NCBI GenBank assembly: GCA_021613535.1
Contig: CP075492.1
Span: 2,356,001 to 2,420,000, forward strand
Source: Adineta vaga
Taxonomy: Eukaryota; Animalia; Rotifera
DNA: 64,000 bases
Reading direction: 5' to 3'
A program made the position numbers and the translations under genes. Positions 39,783 through 53,216 of this stretch are shown piece by piece; within the stretch, counting starts at the first letter, position 1, and each line of letters opens with the position of its first letter. The notes under the pieces were generated by a model, which was given only the letters and a program-made list of their open reading frames with translations, was not told where the DNA came from and ran no database searches.

Positions 39783-41804
39783 CTACACTATAGTTAATTT
39801 CGATAAAACACGATTAATATTGTCTTCGATATTCTGCATTGTTGGATGCTCTTGAAGTGAGATACTAATATAAGTATTTTTTGCTTTTTGAAAATATGCT
39901 AAGCTTTGTTGATAATCATGTTTCTTCTCATAAACAAGTCCTATACTTTCAAAAGCAATAGCAATATCGATGTGTTGATCAGGACATGATTTCCTAAAGA
40001 TTTCTAATGCTAAATAATATTTTTCTAATGCTAAATCTAATTCATCTATTAGTAAATGAATATTTCCGATTGCATATTCCGATTGGCCGATATCCAAACG
40101 ATTTTCAGGAGGATGTTTTCGACGAATATCTGCTGCTTTTCTATAGTAATTATGTGCTTCGGAGTATTCCTTCATCGCCTGATAAACACTACCGATATTG
40201 TAGTAACATCCAGCAACATCCAGGCAGTCATCACCAGATGCACATTTAAATATTGTTAATGCTTGATTGAAAAACTCTATTGCTTCAGGATAATCTCTTT
40301 TTTTATAATACACAACAGCAATACTATTGTAACTTAAAGCTATGTTAGGATCACTGTTAGAAAGATTCGTATCTGATAACGATTGTTCATCCATTTCGAG
40401 TGATTTTTTAAAATGCTCTAGGCTTTGTTCATAATTTCCATTCTCCTCTTCGATCATACCAAGTGAGTGATAACATCCAGCTATATCATGATGGTCTTCA
40501 GATGCTTCCTTGAGGAAACGTTCATAGTATTTTTTAGCATCGTGTAATTTATCCATACTATGAAGGATATTTCCAAAGAAGAAAAGATTCATTTCGTCAG
40601 AAAAATATTGACCAACCATGTGATCTATTAGTAAGTTAAATTGTTCATCATCGTTGGAACATACTTTCATTTTAATAACCCAGAACTTTTTGTGTTGTAG
40701 ATAAATTTCTTCGATTTGAAAAATAGATCCTGCCATAAAAAGTACTTCGGATTCGTGTTTTTTTTCGCTCACATCCTTAATACAGCCGAATGGTCTAATA
40801 TTGTTTAGCTGAGAAGTGACGTCAATTTCAAATAGAACATTTTCTAAATTGTTTTCTTGACATTTTTCAGAAAAAAAACAAAAGCACAGGCTGGAGTCTG
40901 TCGACGTCGAGAAAAATGTATTGACTGAAATGCGCTGTCCAACACTAGTATTTAACTTTCTTATTTCATCGCATGACATACGTTGACCACGAAAAACAGG
41001 ATTAGCCGATTCATATTTCATCGTTTTGAGTTCTTGCTCGATATCACGAAGAAAGAAACGCAAATAATATAATAGATCAATTTCTTTATTACGAAGTGCT
41101 TCGTTAATTATACGACATAAACCTGTATCGGTGGTATACCACTTTAATGCTGATTTTGTTTCATATTCTTTTAAGAATTTGTCAAGTGTTCCTTCAAGAA
41201 TTTTATCCTTCTTATTGTATTTTTGATAGAAAGAAAAGAATTCATCTTTCTCATCTTGATTTGATTTTAATTGAATAAGGCAATCAATCAATAATTGTGA
41301 ATGAATAAATCCTCCATTAAGTTCATTTGTTGAATAGCCATCATAGAAATTAAATGAAATAGATTCGTCCATGTTTATAAATTCTTGTTTATTGTAATCG
41401 AAAAGAACTTTCTCAATAAGTTCATTCAATTGAATAAATATTCCTTTAATCTAAATAAATCAAAGTGAAAAAGTTTATTAGAAGACAAAACTTGATCGTT
41501 TTTATACCTTGTAATACTTTTTGGTCCAATCTTCGCATTTTTTCTGATTGGAAAAGTAAATATAAATTGATACAATTTGTGACCGTTCATGAATTTTTTG
41601 AAATGCTTCGACTTCGATCAGTTGATCATTGATTATAAAGACAATTCTGTCGTCTTTAAATAAATCTTCGATATATTCTGTAAATTGCTTCTCATTTTCG
41701 AAGAATATAACATTCTTAAGTAAATCTTGAAAACGCTTTTTCACAAGGTTTTCTTGCGTATGATTTGTGGAACTATCGAGCCAAACAAACGAAAATCTTT
41801 CCAT
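39783..41804 (-). CDS. ADP-ribosyltransferase (R-S-E type) with TPR array, intron approx 41451-41505
   Basis: FVWLD N-terminal domain, VFRGQ, FFSTS, HESEVLF, TPR repeats. Confidence 0.85.
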
Positions 41805-42728
41805 GGTCTTTTTATCAATATTTTGCTGAATAATTTTTGGAAAAAAGCAATATCTTGTGACCAATTGGAGTAGCAGACCATATTTTGAAAAAAGTTATAT
41901 CTTTTTTCTATTATCAAAGAATGGTACCAGTTGTTCTTGCTGAAGCAAATTGCAGTATTATAATAAAGTTAAATGAAAAAAATATCGATTGAATTTACAT
42001 TAGTGTCCTCCTCATTGTGAGACAGATGTAAATGTATACAGCGAATATAATTGAAGCTATTCTCTTCGCCGAACCCAAAATAGATATTCAACATTGCGGA
42101 ATCAATTCTCATCAATTCCCGAAATTCCGTCACTACTCCAATAAGCAGATACACTCGACACCAACGGAATCCTGCTCGATTTCGGAGTTCTGTAACAGAA
42201 TCACATCCTCTCCTTTCACCATCACTTATTGTCTTGCGTTGAGAGAACATCCGATTTGAAAACAATGCAATTCCGAGAGTGCGTGGGAACCGGTTCCCAG
42301 GCTGGAACTCCTTTCGAAATGTTCCACATCGTGGAATAGGATGACTGCTCGATTTCATAACACAAGACTGTGCTTATTTTCGAAATAGACGGGTGGTTGT
42401 GCTGAAGAGGATCATTTTTTGATTTTTGTTGACGGTCTATTTTTTCTAAGACTCATTCAAATTGGATGACTGTGGCTGGTTATGGTGATTGGATAGATTA
42501 CAGGTACCCTTTTAATTCCAAAGGTACTGCGATGAAAAGCGTTTTTGTTCTCTTTGATGTTTGAATAATTAAAGTTTATTTATAAGTTAGTTTCCACTCG
42601 TCCTTTTGTTGTTTTTGTAGATTACGATCATGACTATTATAAGCATCTTTTAGATTCAATTTGAAACTAAATTAAAATTTTGTATAAAATAATCATTGTT
42701 AATATTTTCTTTCAAATTCTTATGAAAA

Positions 42729-43051
42729 ATGAGTCATTCATCCTTTCTTGATCGATTTTCTGTTGAATTATTGCATTATTTATTCACATATTTTTCGGCA
42801 AACGAGATTCTATTTACTTCTTTTTATATCGGTGATTATGTCAATTCTGTTCTATTGACCTATATAAAGTATCAACTGAATTTTCGATCAATTGAAAAAG
42901 ATCATTTTGATTTGATTTGTAAATGTATTCAACCTAAACCAATTATTAAATTGATGCTTTCTGCTGAAAATGATACACCTGGTCAATCCCAAATATTCTT
43001 TTCTCATTTCAAAATTGAACAATTCATTCTGAATTTTCTACGATCATTTTC
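42729..43051 (+). pseudogene. F-box-like gene truncated at a junction element
   Basis: LDRFSVELLHYLFTYF...DTPGQSQIFFSHFKIEQF; the frame then runs into GTGGGTGTGGG. Confidence 0.7.
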
Positions 43052-43105
43052 GTGGGTGTGGGTGTCAGGATGTTTCCTTTCATTACCAATTAACACCCAC
43101 CCTTC
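43052..43105. repeat. Junction element
   Basis: GTGGGTGTGGGTGT...ACACCCACCCTTC. Confidence 0.8.
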
Positions 43106-43237
43106 ACTTGAGTCTATATTATTCTTCATCAATTTTGAATAATAAGATTAAATTTTAATTGCTTTTTATCGTATTTGTAATTTTATATATATATATTTAA
43201 AACGTTTCAGTTTGAATCAACATTTCCAGACTTTCGA

Positions 43238-44155
43238 ATGGAATATAAAACTGAAAATTATTATATTCCAGGTATAATTTCATTAATAATTGCATTAATT
43301 TGTATATTTATAAGTACTGTATCAATAATATTAATTCAACAAACTAAACCAAATCTTCATACAATAAATCATTTATTGATATGCAATACATGTATTGCAT
43401 CAATATTATATTCTATTGTTACAATTAATAATTTTCTATATATTATTTTACTACCATCAAATAAAAGTGATAGAAGTTGTCGATGGCGTGCTTATTTTGC
43501 ATATGCTTCAATTGCCGGAATATTATATTCATATATGATACAATCAATATCAAGATATTTTTTCTCAATTTTATCAAATAAATATCGTTGGCTAATTACA
43601 TTTAAAATACATTATATTCTTCTTCTTATTCAATGGATTGTTGTTTTTTTAATTGTATTACCAAATATTTTAACAAATGATATTCATTTTTCATTTGCAA
43701 TTCTTTGTTGGGTATCAGTAGAGAATACATTACATACAATCTACACTTATATTGCTTATTATATTCTACCAGTTATAATTGTTATTATGAACTATATTTA
43801 TATTTTTTATCGAGTTAAAAAATCAACAAAAAATGCTCGAACACTTCAAATATCTCGATTTAATCAAAAACGTGATCTTAAATTTCTTCGAAATATTATT
43901 ATTATAATTAGTATTTATTTAACTGGTGGAATATCAACGATAATAGCAGATTTAATTCAAAATAAATTATTATATTTAATAAATTTAATCACTCAAATAT
44001 TTACGGTATTTCTTGCAAATCTATGTACAATTTTATTAGATAGAAAACTTCGTCATGTAATCAAAACTTTCATATGTCGTACAACGCCCATAATTCCTTT
44101 TAACAATGCACATCCAATAATTAGAATTGAACAAATTCATCAAATTCGAACATAA
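43238..44155 (+). CDS. Rhodopsin-like GPCR, intronless
   Basis: Seven hydrophobic segments, LLICNTC, CRWRAY, QSISRYF. Confidence 0.8.
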   Translation: MEYKTENYYIPGIISLIIALICIFISTVSIILIQQTKPNLHTINHLLICNTCIASILYSIVTINNFLYIILLPSNKSDRSCRWRAYFAYASIAGILYSYMIQSISRYFFSILSNKYRWLITFKIHYILLLIQWIVVFLIVLPNILTNDIHFSFAILCWVSVENTLHTIYTYIAYYILPVIIVIMNYIYIFYRVKKSTKNARTLQISRFNQKRDLKFLRNIIIIISIYLTGGISTIIADLIQNKLLYLINLITQIFTVFLANLCTILLDRKLRHVIKTFICRTTPIIPFNNAHPIIRIEQIHQIRT

Positions 44156-44230
44156 TACTATTTACGAACAATTAATATACTTTTTTTTTATAAATTATTT
44201 CTTTAGAAAATTTGATTTGATGCGTTATAA

Positions 44231-44308
44231 AGGGTGTCAGTGTGAGTGGATAGGGATGAGTGCAAGTCAGAGTCTCTATTCACCCACATCCACATCCACC
44301 CTCAAGAT
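44231..44308. repeat. Junction element between convergent genes
   Basis: AGGGTGTCAGTGTGAGTGGA...TTCACCCACATCCACATCCACCCTCAAGAT. Confidence 0.8.
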
Positions 44309-44445
44309 TTGTATATTTTGGTAGGTAAAAATCACAAACATATATAACTCTCGACCATATACTCATGAATAAATGTTTTTAAAAAGATCATCGTTATCTT
44401 GTTTCTATGTTTATCAAAACAAAGTAAAAAAATTATTCAATTAAT

Positions 44446-46801
44446 TTAAAAAACACATATAACCCTTTTTGAGTCAATAACAATTTGAGCTTCACCAGCA
44501 TCAGGTCCAAATGGACAAGTTACATTGACTATTCCTAATGTAGAATGATAGACAAGAAATGGAGACTTTTCATTAAGTAATCCTTGAAGACCTATTTCTG
44601 CTAAATTAATTCCACTCATATTAGTTATATATGTAACTCGTTGAGAACTAACTGCTGTCCATTTATTCCATTCACCAAGAAAAGCATATTGTGTTTTGTC
44701 GGCAAATTCAATAAGAGGTGATATACCCCAAAGACATATCGATAAATCATGACATTTACTCGCTAATACATTTAAAGGATGATCATTATCAAAAGTCAAC
44801 ACTTCATTTGGATTATCATGTGACCAAATAACTCCCGATGAAGCTCCAATCATTGAAGGATATATTTGATAATCTCTTTCCATTGCTGATGCAAAGACAG
44901 TATAGAAAGTTACAGGATGTTGATATCTAAATAATATAAAAATTGAAAGGAAAACGAAATGAGAAAATAAAGAAGAGAATCTACATCACAGTTGTTTGAG
45001 TTGAATAAAGTTCACCTTGAGAAGTACCATTATAAAAAGCCCAATCCGATATTAATCTATTAATCATTGTTAATGGTCGATCTGGTTTTAAAATTAAACC
45101 ATCGGGTCGACAACATTTCATAATAAGATCTCTATTTGTATAATTAATCGCATCGCCTGGACTAACAGGTCCTGTAGATAAAGTTGCAATAAGTGCTTCA
45201 CGTTCGGGAAGTATTTCTTTTGGATTTGATTTATAAGGAGCATCGGGCTCGATTGAAGTTGACCAAAAAACATCTTTGAATGGTGCTAAACCAATTGCAT
45301 CTACAAGCATACTTGTTATTCCTATAGCCCATTGTTGTGCTTGACCTTCAAGATGAAATTTATAATCAGTTGATATTCGTGCTTGAGTAACACGTGAAAC
45401 TTGTAAAGCACTAAGAATATGACGTGGTAAACTCATACAATATTGTATATTGATTCCTAATTGATCAGCTGCTTTGCCCATCGATGATAACCATTGTTGT
45501 CCAAGATTAATATCAGTCAATAATGGTAAAAAATTCATTGTTTGATGGTCAAGCCAATCTTGTTCATAAAGAATAAGACCCCATTCATGAGCTTCACTTA
45601 ATAAATCTATCCAAAATGAATCATTACCACTTGGTAATGAAGTTTGATTATTTTTATCAAGAATAAATGAGTAATTTTGTTTATAAACTGTATCATATGA
45701 CCAATAACGATTATGTGCTGCTAATGGAAGATTTTCTAATCGACGATGTAAATTTATAAGACCATCAGGAAATATATCTGGACGTGCAATCCATTGTGAA
45801 ACACCATCACCTTGGCCTTTGTAGTACCACCAAGAATCAATTTGTAGATAATGAATTGGAAGTGAAATATTATGACGAATATTGACTATTGTTTCCTCAT
45901 AATTGAGTCCTTTTTCTGTATTATAATAATAATAAGCACCATTATCTGTATAATATCCAAGATAATTAATTGTTAAATCTGATGAACGATATTTTTGTGT
46001 TCGATTGTATTCTGTTTGCATCATTTTGCCCCATTCTCTAAACCCGGTATTGATACCATTTGCTGAATAAAAAACCATCATTGAATGTGTATAATTTGAT
46101 GGAATCGATATTATTGAACCCATAACACCATATTCTAAAGTATTGTTCTTTGTTTGACTGAATGAACTACTCATAAATTGTGAAAATGGTGAAAGAATTA
46201 ATAAATCGCCTTGTCCTTGTTGAGTTAAATTGAAAAGAACGAGAGGACCAGCTGTAATTCCTGATTTAATAATTGTATTTGATGGGTTCCATCGACCAGC
46301 ATGTTTTTCATCGTCACCTGACATTCCACCTTCAAATGTAAAATAACCACGTTGATCTTTTTCATCAATTTGTTCAATGTGAAACGATGGAAAAACTGTA
46401 CGAACTTCATTCATATCAAGAGGAATCGTATTTGATAAGATTTGATCACCAGTATCCAAATGAAATGAAATTCCTGAAACAGAATACCAATCACGTATAT
46501 GACCAACAATTTTCGTATGTATTCCACTACGAACAAGATCATAAATCAATTGAAAATCACGATAATCACCTAGACTTGGATCAAAACCACTTGTATAACT
46601 TATATTAATTAATGGTAATGAATTATCATCTGATGAATACCATTTATTATCTACATACATAGCTGTACGAGATGAACGAAGCCAGACACGATCACCAATA
46701 CTAATATTATATCCTCCTTTTTGATCAACTGATACATTTATATTTCCCCAACTTGAACATTCAGCAATAAGAAGAAGAAACAACAATAAAAAATGCATCA
46801 T
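44446..46801 (-). CDS. Secreted uncharacterised protein, probable glycoside-hydrolase-like barrel (2 exons)
   Basis: Signal peptide; YYTDNGAYYYY, YLQIDSWWY, YEQDWL, STGPVSPGD resemble GH27/36-clan-like motifs; function inferred. Confidence 0.7.
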
Positions 46802-47082
46802 CGTCAATTTTACTTTCACCAAATGAAAGATAAACGCATCATATATGTGGAGAAAGAGATAGTGATAAAGAAAACGTGTGTCATAGTTTGTACTTGAAAT
46901 CTAAATAGCAAACATAGTATATCCATCAGCCTTACAGATATTTTCTTTTCGCTAAATCACCATGAATAAGCACGACTTATTATTACAATCGATCATGTAT
47001 TATATACAGGATAATTAATAAAAAGTCAATAACAAATGAATAAGGTTTTGTTTTTGAAATATTTCATCTTCTTGTGCGACTA

Positions 47083-47136
47083 AGGTGTGGGTTTGGGTGT
47101 GGATAAGAATAACAGCCACAGCTACACCCTCAAGAT
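47083..47136. repeat. Junction element
   Basis: AGGTGTGGGTTTGGGTGTGG...CCACAGCTACACCCTCAAGAT. Confidence 0.8.
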
Positions 47137-47351
47137 GTAAATATTTTCGACATTTTCCGTGTACAAATTGATTATCTAAACAATAGTCTGGTTTATCATG
47201 AATACTTGGTATAGTCAATTGAAATGCTAGACGATATATAGGTAAAAATGGAAATCAAATTCTTTTAATTGTACTTCGACGATAACTTAATGATTTTCTA
47301 TCGTAAATATCAATATGAATAAAATATTGTTGACTTGCATTTTTCGGTCGA

Positions 47352-47423
47352 GTAGGGTGTGGTTGAGGATGTGGAAGGGTGTAAGTCAGTATCTTTATCC
47401 ACCCACACTAACACCCACCCTAC
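47352..47423. repeat. Junction element
   Basis: GTAGGGTGTGGTTGAGGATGTGGA...TCCACCCACACTAACACCCACCCTAC. Confidence 0.75.
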
Positions 47424-47803
47424 AAAAGTCGACATAACGGAGATTTTTTGTTGAATCAAATGTTCTGTGCAATGAAGTACTCGAAATGACAATAAAATGA
47501 TTTTGCTAGTTTATATATTATCAAGGATTCCATGTCACATCTCTTGATACCTTTCTCGATTATAGATTTAATCATAGCATGATTACAATATCCAAAAATG
47601 CATTAATTCGAACCATTGTCTGTTTCTCCGCTTTCTTGAATTATTTGTTCTATATTCTTAAAAAACAATAAGTTATAGAAATAAGAGACAAGCAAAGCTG
47701 TAAAATGCGAGGAAAATATCAAAGATTGTCTTTCAGACGAAAAAAAAGGTTTTATTTGAAAACATGAAGAGAATAGCATGAAATATAGTGATTGTTATGA
47801 ATG

Positions 47804-49750
47804 TCAATAAGGTTTCGTTTCATTCTTTGCATTGAATTGCCGGATTGCATGACACATCTTTCTTTGGCTTTCAGTAACTCTATAACCATCAGCCAGAAGT
47901 TCCTTCGGTGAAGTAAGAAAAGCTAATGCTAGTCCAGCTGACATATGCCATTCGATGTGACAATGGAAAAGCCAAGCACCCGGATTATCGGCGACAAATC
48001 TTATTTTGACCCAGCCAAGTGCTGGTACACTAACGGTATCTCGTTGTATGTAATCGGCCGCGTACAAAGATTCGGCGACTGGATAGTCTGACGTGGCAAC
48101 AATCCAAAAAGTATAGCCATGCAAATGAAATGGATGTTCGCCAGCATCTGTATTGTTCAAAAAGATATCCACAACGGCTTGATAAGGTACGAAATAATGA
48201 CCATTTTCATCACTTTGAATTGTTGGTAATTGATTTCTAGCTTCTTTACGAGGTGATGAACTTCCTAAATGATCAACCTTTTCTGCCATTTGATGAAGTA
48301 ATGGGCTATACATATCGGAAGTAATTCCTTTCTTTGGATCAGCTCTCATATGCATATAATTGGCATCGGAACTATACGTGACATTATTTATAAATCCACG
48401 ATTAATTCCATCTGTTCCTAATTTGAATACGATAGTCAGATTTAAATAATGGGTCGCATTAGGAATTCCATTATTATTTTGATCGAATGGTCGAGCAGCT
48501 AAAAGATTTGTATCAAGCGGAGTAACAGCATTTGTTAATGTCGGAGTTTTCTGACTAGCTGAATATGTTGGTGTGGAATTGGTTGAATCAAGTGATAAAA
48601 TAGCAAGATACAATGGATTGAAAAATGTTGGATAAGGATAACGTTGATGTTCATAGGGAGGAATGTAATTGACAATATCAACAGGATACATGGAAATAAT
48701 AGCTTGTATTCGAAGGAAGAGTGAATTGGTCGATGATGTACCTTTTGATGTATAACTTGGATCTAATTCGCTCAAATCAATATAAAATGAAACACGTTGA
48801 GCAACATTAATACTGAATGAATTGACCGTATAAGGAAAGGTGGCTGTCGAATCGACTTCAATGATATGTAAAGGCAAACCATCGATCGACACTGTATGCA
48901 TTGAAAAAGATGCCGTATTTAGTATTCGAAATCGAATATGTGTTGAGCCGGATAGTGAAATAAACAATGATTGAGTAAACTTTCCGTTAACAATAATAGC
49001 ATCTGGTGACGGTTCGTTGCCAGCAGGATTATTTGAATTCAAATACCAAGGAAGTAATTCATCATGAGCACAATTATTATACCAATCTGCGATCATAAGA
49101 ACATGTTCGCTGTCATATAGTTCTTGATTTGACTCATTGCGTCGACGAATAATCATTGGACCATATAATCCGTCTGTATATTGTTCGAGAAGATGTCCAT
49201 GGTACCATGTTGTTCCTGCTGGTTCAGCTTTAAATTTGTAAATCATCTCATAATTAGGTGGTATAGCACACTGAGTAAGACCAACGGCACCATCCATATC
49301 TTGAGTGCCTATTTGTCGCATTCCATGCCAATGAATTGTCGAAGGAACTTTCAGTCGATTAATTACTCGAATGATAAATGTATCACCTTCGTATGCTTCA
49401 AGTAATGGACCAGGAAATGCATAATTAACAGAAATTATAGGTTTTCGCGACGTTGGATACGGAAAAATTGTATCAATAATTAATGTTTGATGAACCTCAC
49501 CAGGAGTTGCCACTGTAGTTGATCCTTAACAAATACAGAATTTTATTTTATTTTCATATCAAATCATATGTTATTTCTGAAAAAGGTCTCATCTTTTATC
49601 TCCAATCGTCTGTTTTCCAAAGCAAGAAACAATTTCTTGCAAATCCATTTACTCTGTACTTACCACTGATCGATGTAGATGAATTCGTTTGTTTCTGTGT
49701 CGAAGATACTTTAGTTTGTAATAGTTCTATAAAGAAAAATATCTGATTAG
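47804..49750 (-). CDS. Laccase-like multicopper oxidase; 5' exon approx 49664-49750, start codon unclear
   Basis: All four copper motifs: HWHG, WYHGH, HPFHLHG, HCHIEWHMSAGL. Confidence 0.9.
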
Positions 49751-50557
49751 TTCGAACTGAATGATCACAAGTTATAAGAACATTTTAGTATGTTTAAAAA
49801 GCATAGTACAATCAGCATACGGATTTTTTTCTATTAGAGAGAGAGAGTGATTTCTTCAGATTAGAATATTATTTACCACTTGTCGCCTGAATTGATTGAC
49901 AACGATAGAACTGGCGAAGACATAAAAAAGAGAGTGCATCATTCTTGACCCCATCTCAGTCACGTGATCTTTATATAGTTAAGAGTAAAATGAATCTCAA
50001 TGAAAAGGTGTATTTTACAAGTGTATACACGTTCACTCAAGAGCGAACCGTGATATGGTTAGGTGAGAGCTCTAATAGAAATAATATCAAAAGGAAAGTG
50101 AAATTTGTACCATTTTGAATAGTATAGAATTATTAGGTTCCTATCTTTCAGCCATTGAAGTACTTTACCTCGCTTTTCAACAGTAATATTTGCATCTTCT
50201 TTATTCGACTTGTGTTTAGGAATGGACACGAATCCGATACCACCGATAACAAGAAGTAATAGTAAAATAAGCCAAAATTTTCCAGTTTGTGCTTTGTAAA
50301 ACGTACATTGCCAAGATGGACTATAACAATAATATTCAGTACACATTCCGTAGAATTAATTAGAGAATATGTGATACTCACTGCAATATAAATTCTTCTC
50401 TTTGCCACGTTGAAACTAATAGGCTTTGCTGTTGTTCTGGAGTTATGTCCATTTTAATTATATAATGTGAATTGATCCTTCTGTTTGGTGATAGCGTGGT
50501 TTAATAAGATGTTTCGAGCTAAAATTCAACCAAATGACAACTTAACATAGGTCGTTA

Positions 50558-50610
50558 AAGGTGGGTGTAGCTGCCTTTCTTTCACATCACACTAACGTCC
50601 ACATCCTTCT
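50558..50610. repeat. Degenerate junction element
   Basis: AAGGTGGGTGT...CACACTAACGTCCACATCCTT. Confidence 0.45.
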
Positions 50611-51439
50611 TAGAAAATTCCGCTGATTGAAACATCTCATCCAACAGGGATACTCGTTGTGGACATTATCTATCAAATACTTTCATCGAAGGGCAATGAT
50701 GGATGGATCCTGCTATGCTAATTGGGAGGTGGTAACAGTAAAAGAGGTGAATATTCACAAGCATGTTCTTCATCGTCTCTAGAAGTCTCTTTATTGTGTG
50801 TGAAACGACACGATATATATATCAACTGCAGAACAAGGCGCCAATAGAGAGAGAGAGATAGTTAGTGATATCATGTAAAGAGAAAGAAAATAGTGAATGA
50901 TCTGATGTGAAAAGAGATGAAAAGTACGTCTTAACGAGATCAATGGCACATATGGACAGAGGTCAAAGGAACATGTATGGAGAACGCGAAAGAAGAAGAA
51001 TCGAGTGTATAACACATATGAATTGCTAAGAAAGAAAACCGATATGACGTATCAAAGAAACGAGAGAAAAAAGAATGGTCCTCTTTTCTTTCTCTCTTCG
51101 TGTGCTGGACGGATGATGAACTCTCTTTGTGTCTGGCGAAGCGAAAAAGAATAAAATATGAAAAAGATAAACTTTAGTTTATTTGATTTATGATTACATA
51201 TTCAAACGCAATTCGTTACTTTGACTTAAATTTATTAGTATAATAGAACATAATTATTGCATTAGATACAAAAAAACAAAGGGTACGGATGTCGATTATA
51301 TGTTCATCCTACACAAAAGCATACTCGCATCCTCAATTTTTCACAGTAATAGCATCTTCAGATACCATTATTATAACCGTTGTTTCTTCATAAAAATTCA
51401 TGTGGACGTATTCAAAAGAAACAATCGACGAATAATATA

Positions 51440-51715
51440 TTTAGTATCATCATCACCGAGACTACAGAAAGGCAAATTTTTGACCGAAATTATTTTCTGT
51501 TATATATTGCATTTCGATGGCCATTCGCCCATACAATAAAGAATGATATGGCGCGTAACACGTAATGTGTCCAAAGTCGCAGCGGCATACAAGCAGTCGT
51601 GTTGTAAATCATTATTATTACTTACCGCATCTGTAAGATGAAGATTAATATAAAGTTGACCATTAATCAAATGAAAGAAGAAGAAGAAGAAGAAATAATG
51701 AACATAGACATACAT
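51440..51715 (-). pseudogene. N-terminal fragment of a large secreted LDLa/EGF-type receptor gene
   Basis: Signal peptide, then INLHLTD..LQHDCL..ILYCMGEWP, then stops; family recognised from memory of bdelloid proteins. Confidence 0.45.
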
Positions 51716-52226
51716 TCACAAAAAATTATTTTGATTATATCATATCTTTTTTAAGCTTTTCTGATTTATTCACGTTTTTCCTATCGATCATATGTGTCAT
51801 TTTATCCTTGTTTTATGATTATACTGCCACCTCTCCTTTCATCATTGTATCGAACAACTGCAACAGATGATGGTTAACATACGATATCCGTTTAACTAAA
51901 TTGTTGACATCAAATATAGTTATTTAATCCAGAATGATTTTACAGTATATATATATATATAAATACCTGGAAAACTATTTTATATTCTGTCAGAGAAAAG
52001 TATTGATAAAGTGAGGACGACTCATAATGAAAAATTTGAAATTTCCTATAGAATGAGATGTCTCATCCAACTATTTTGACTAACGTAAGAATTATAGCGT
52101 AAACATTCTTAGTATGTTGCTGCATTAAAACATATGTTTATTTATTTTCAAGAATAAAAAGAATACATCACGGAAATAAGATGAAAATGTATATTGTTGC
52201 TAGAATTGGATACAATGGTTTGTTAT

Positions 52227-53216
52227 TTATGGATAAACTTTTCGTTTAGAATATTGACATGTTTTCTTGTTCCCAAAACAACAACATGGATAATATTTAT
52301 ACGATTTTAGATACCATCTTGAAGGGTTACAACATTTTATCCCACATTTTCTCCTCATACAAGAGTATTCAGTCTTTGCGCATGATGAACTAAGGGCCCA
52401 TAACCAACCACCACATGTCATTGTTATTGCTAGTGAAAAAGCAATGATTGTTAACACTGATAATACTTCTGGATACAACTATAAAATGAGAAAAATAAAC
52501 ACACCAATCGGAATTAACGATATTATGACACAGAAGAAACTGATCCACCACCAACGTTTTCGAAAATAGGATACATAATAAACTAACGGTACAATGCAAG
52601 AAACAAGACCGAGTAAGCCACCACTGACACCAATGGCATCAAGAACTTGATCTGTTGTCATATCGTTATATACCCATCCATAACAAGCAAGTCGTGGTGG
52701 ATCAACGGGAAAAGATGCATTATCACCTTTTTTACATTGAAATGGACCGTATTTGTTAATTCCGTTGTACATTCCAAAACATTCCGCCGCGAAGTCAGGA
52801 CATGGATCACCAGCAAGAATTGATTTATTTGCCAATATACATTTCTCAAATATGATCTCAAGAAGAACTGTAATAATAGCAGTTGCGAAAATATCACAGA
52901 AGAAACGTACGATACATGGTAGTCCTTTTTGTTCTTCCAGATCCTTATTTTCGTCTGAATCCTCTTCTTCCGAATCTTGTTCGATGTAAAGAAATGTATC
53001 AACATTTTGTTTTAAAGACCACGGTTTTGATTTATCATCTTCACTCTTTTGAGACGGATTCTTGTTACTTTTTTTTGTTTTAATACCGAGAACATTTTCA
53101 ACAATAAAGGCATGAGCTCGTCTGTTAAGAATTGACAGAATTACAAATAACAGTGCAGCTATACCAAATGGAACTCCATAAGCAATAGCTGCGTAATAGA
53201 AATAATTTGGTTCCAT
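52227..53216 (-). pseudogene. Multi-TM uncharacterised protein with an in-frame TAG at 52479-52481
   Basis: ORFs 52479-53216 and 52227-52478 are in the same frame, separated by one stop codon. Confidence 0.65.

Noticed and set aside
41969-42358. GC-richer ORFs and the 14-bp palindrome GGGAACCGGTTCCC
   Set aside because: No recognisable protein; probably a repeat remnant that cannot be classified from this window.
42466-42489. MTVAGYGD resembling a potassium-channel pore motif
   Set aside because: Isolated 8 codons with no flanking TM exons; may be chance.
50059-50452. Short ORFs with one TM segment
   Set aside because: Fragmentary, with no recognisable family.
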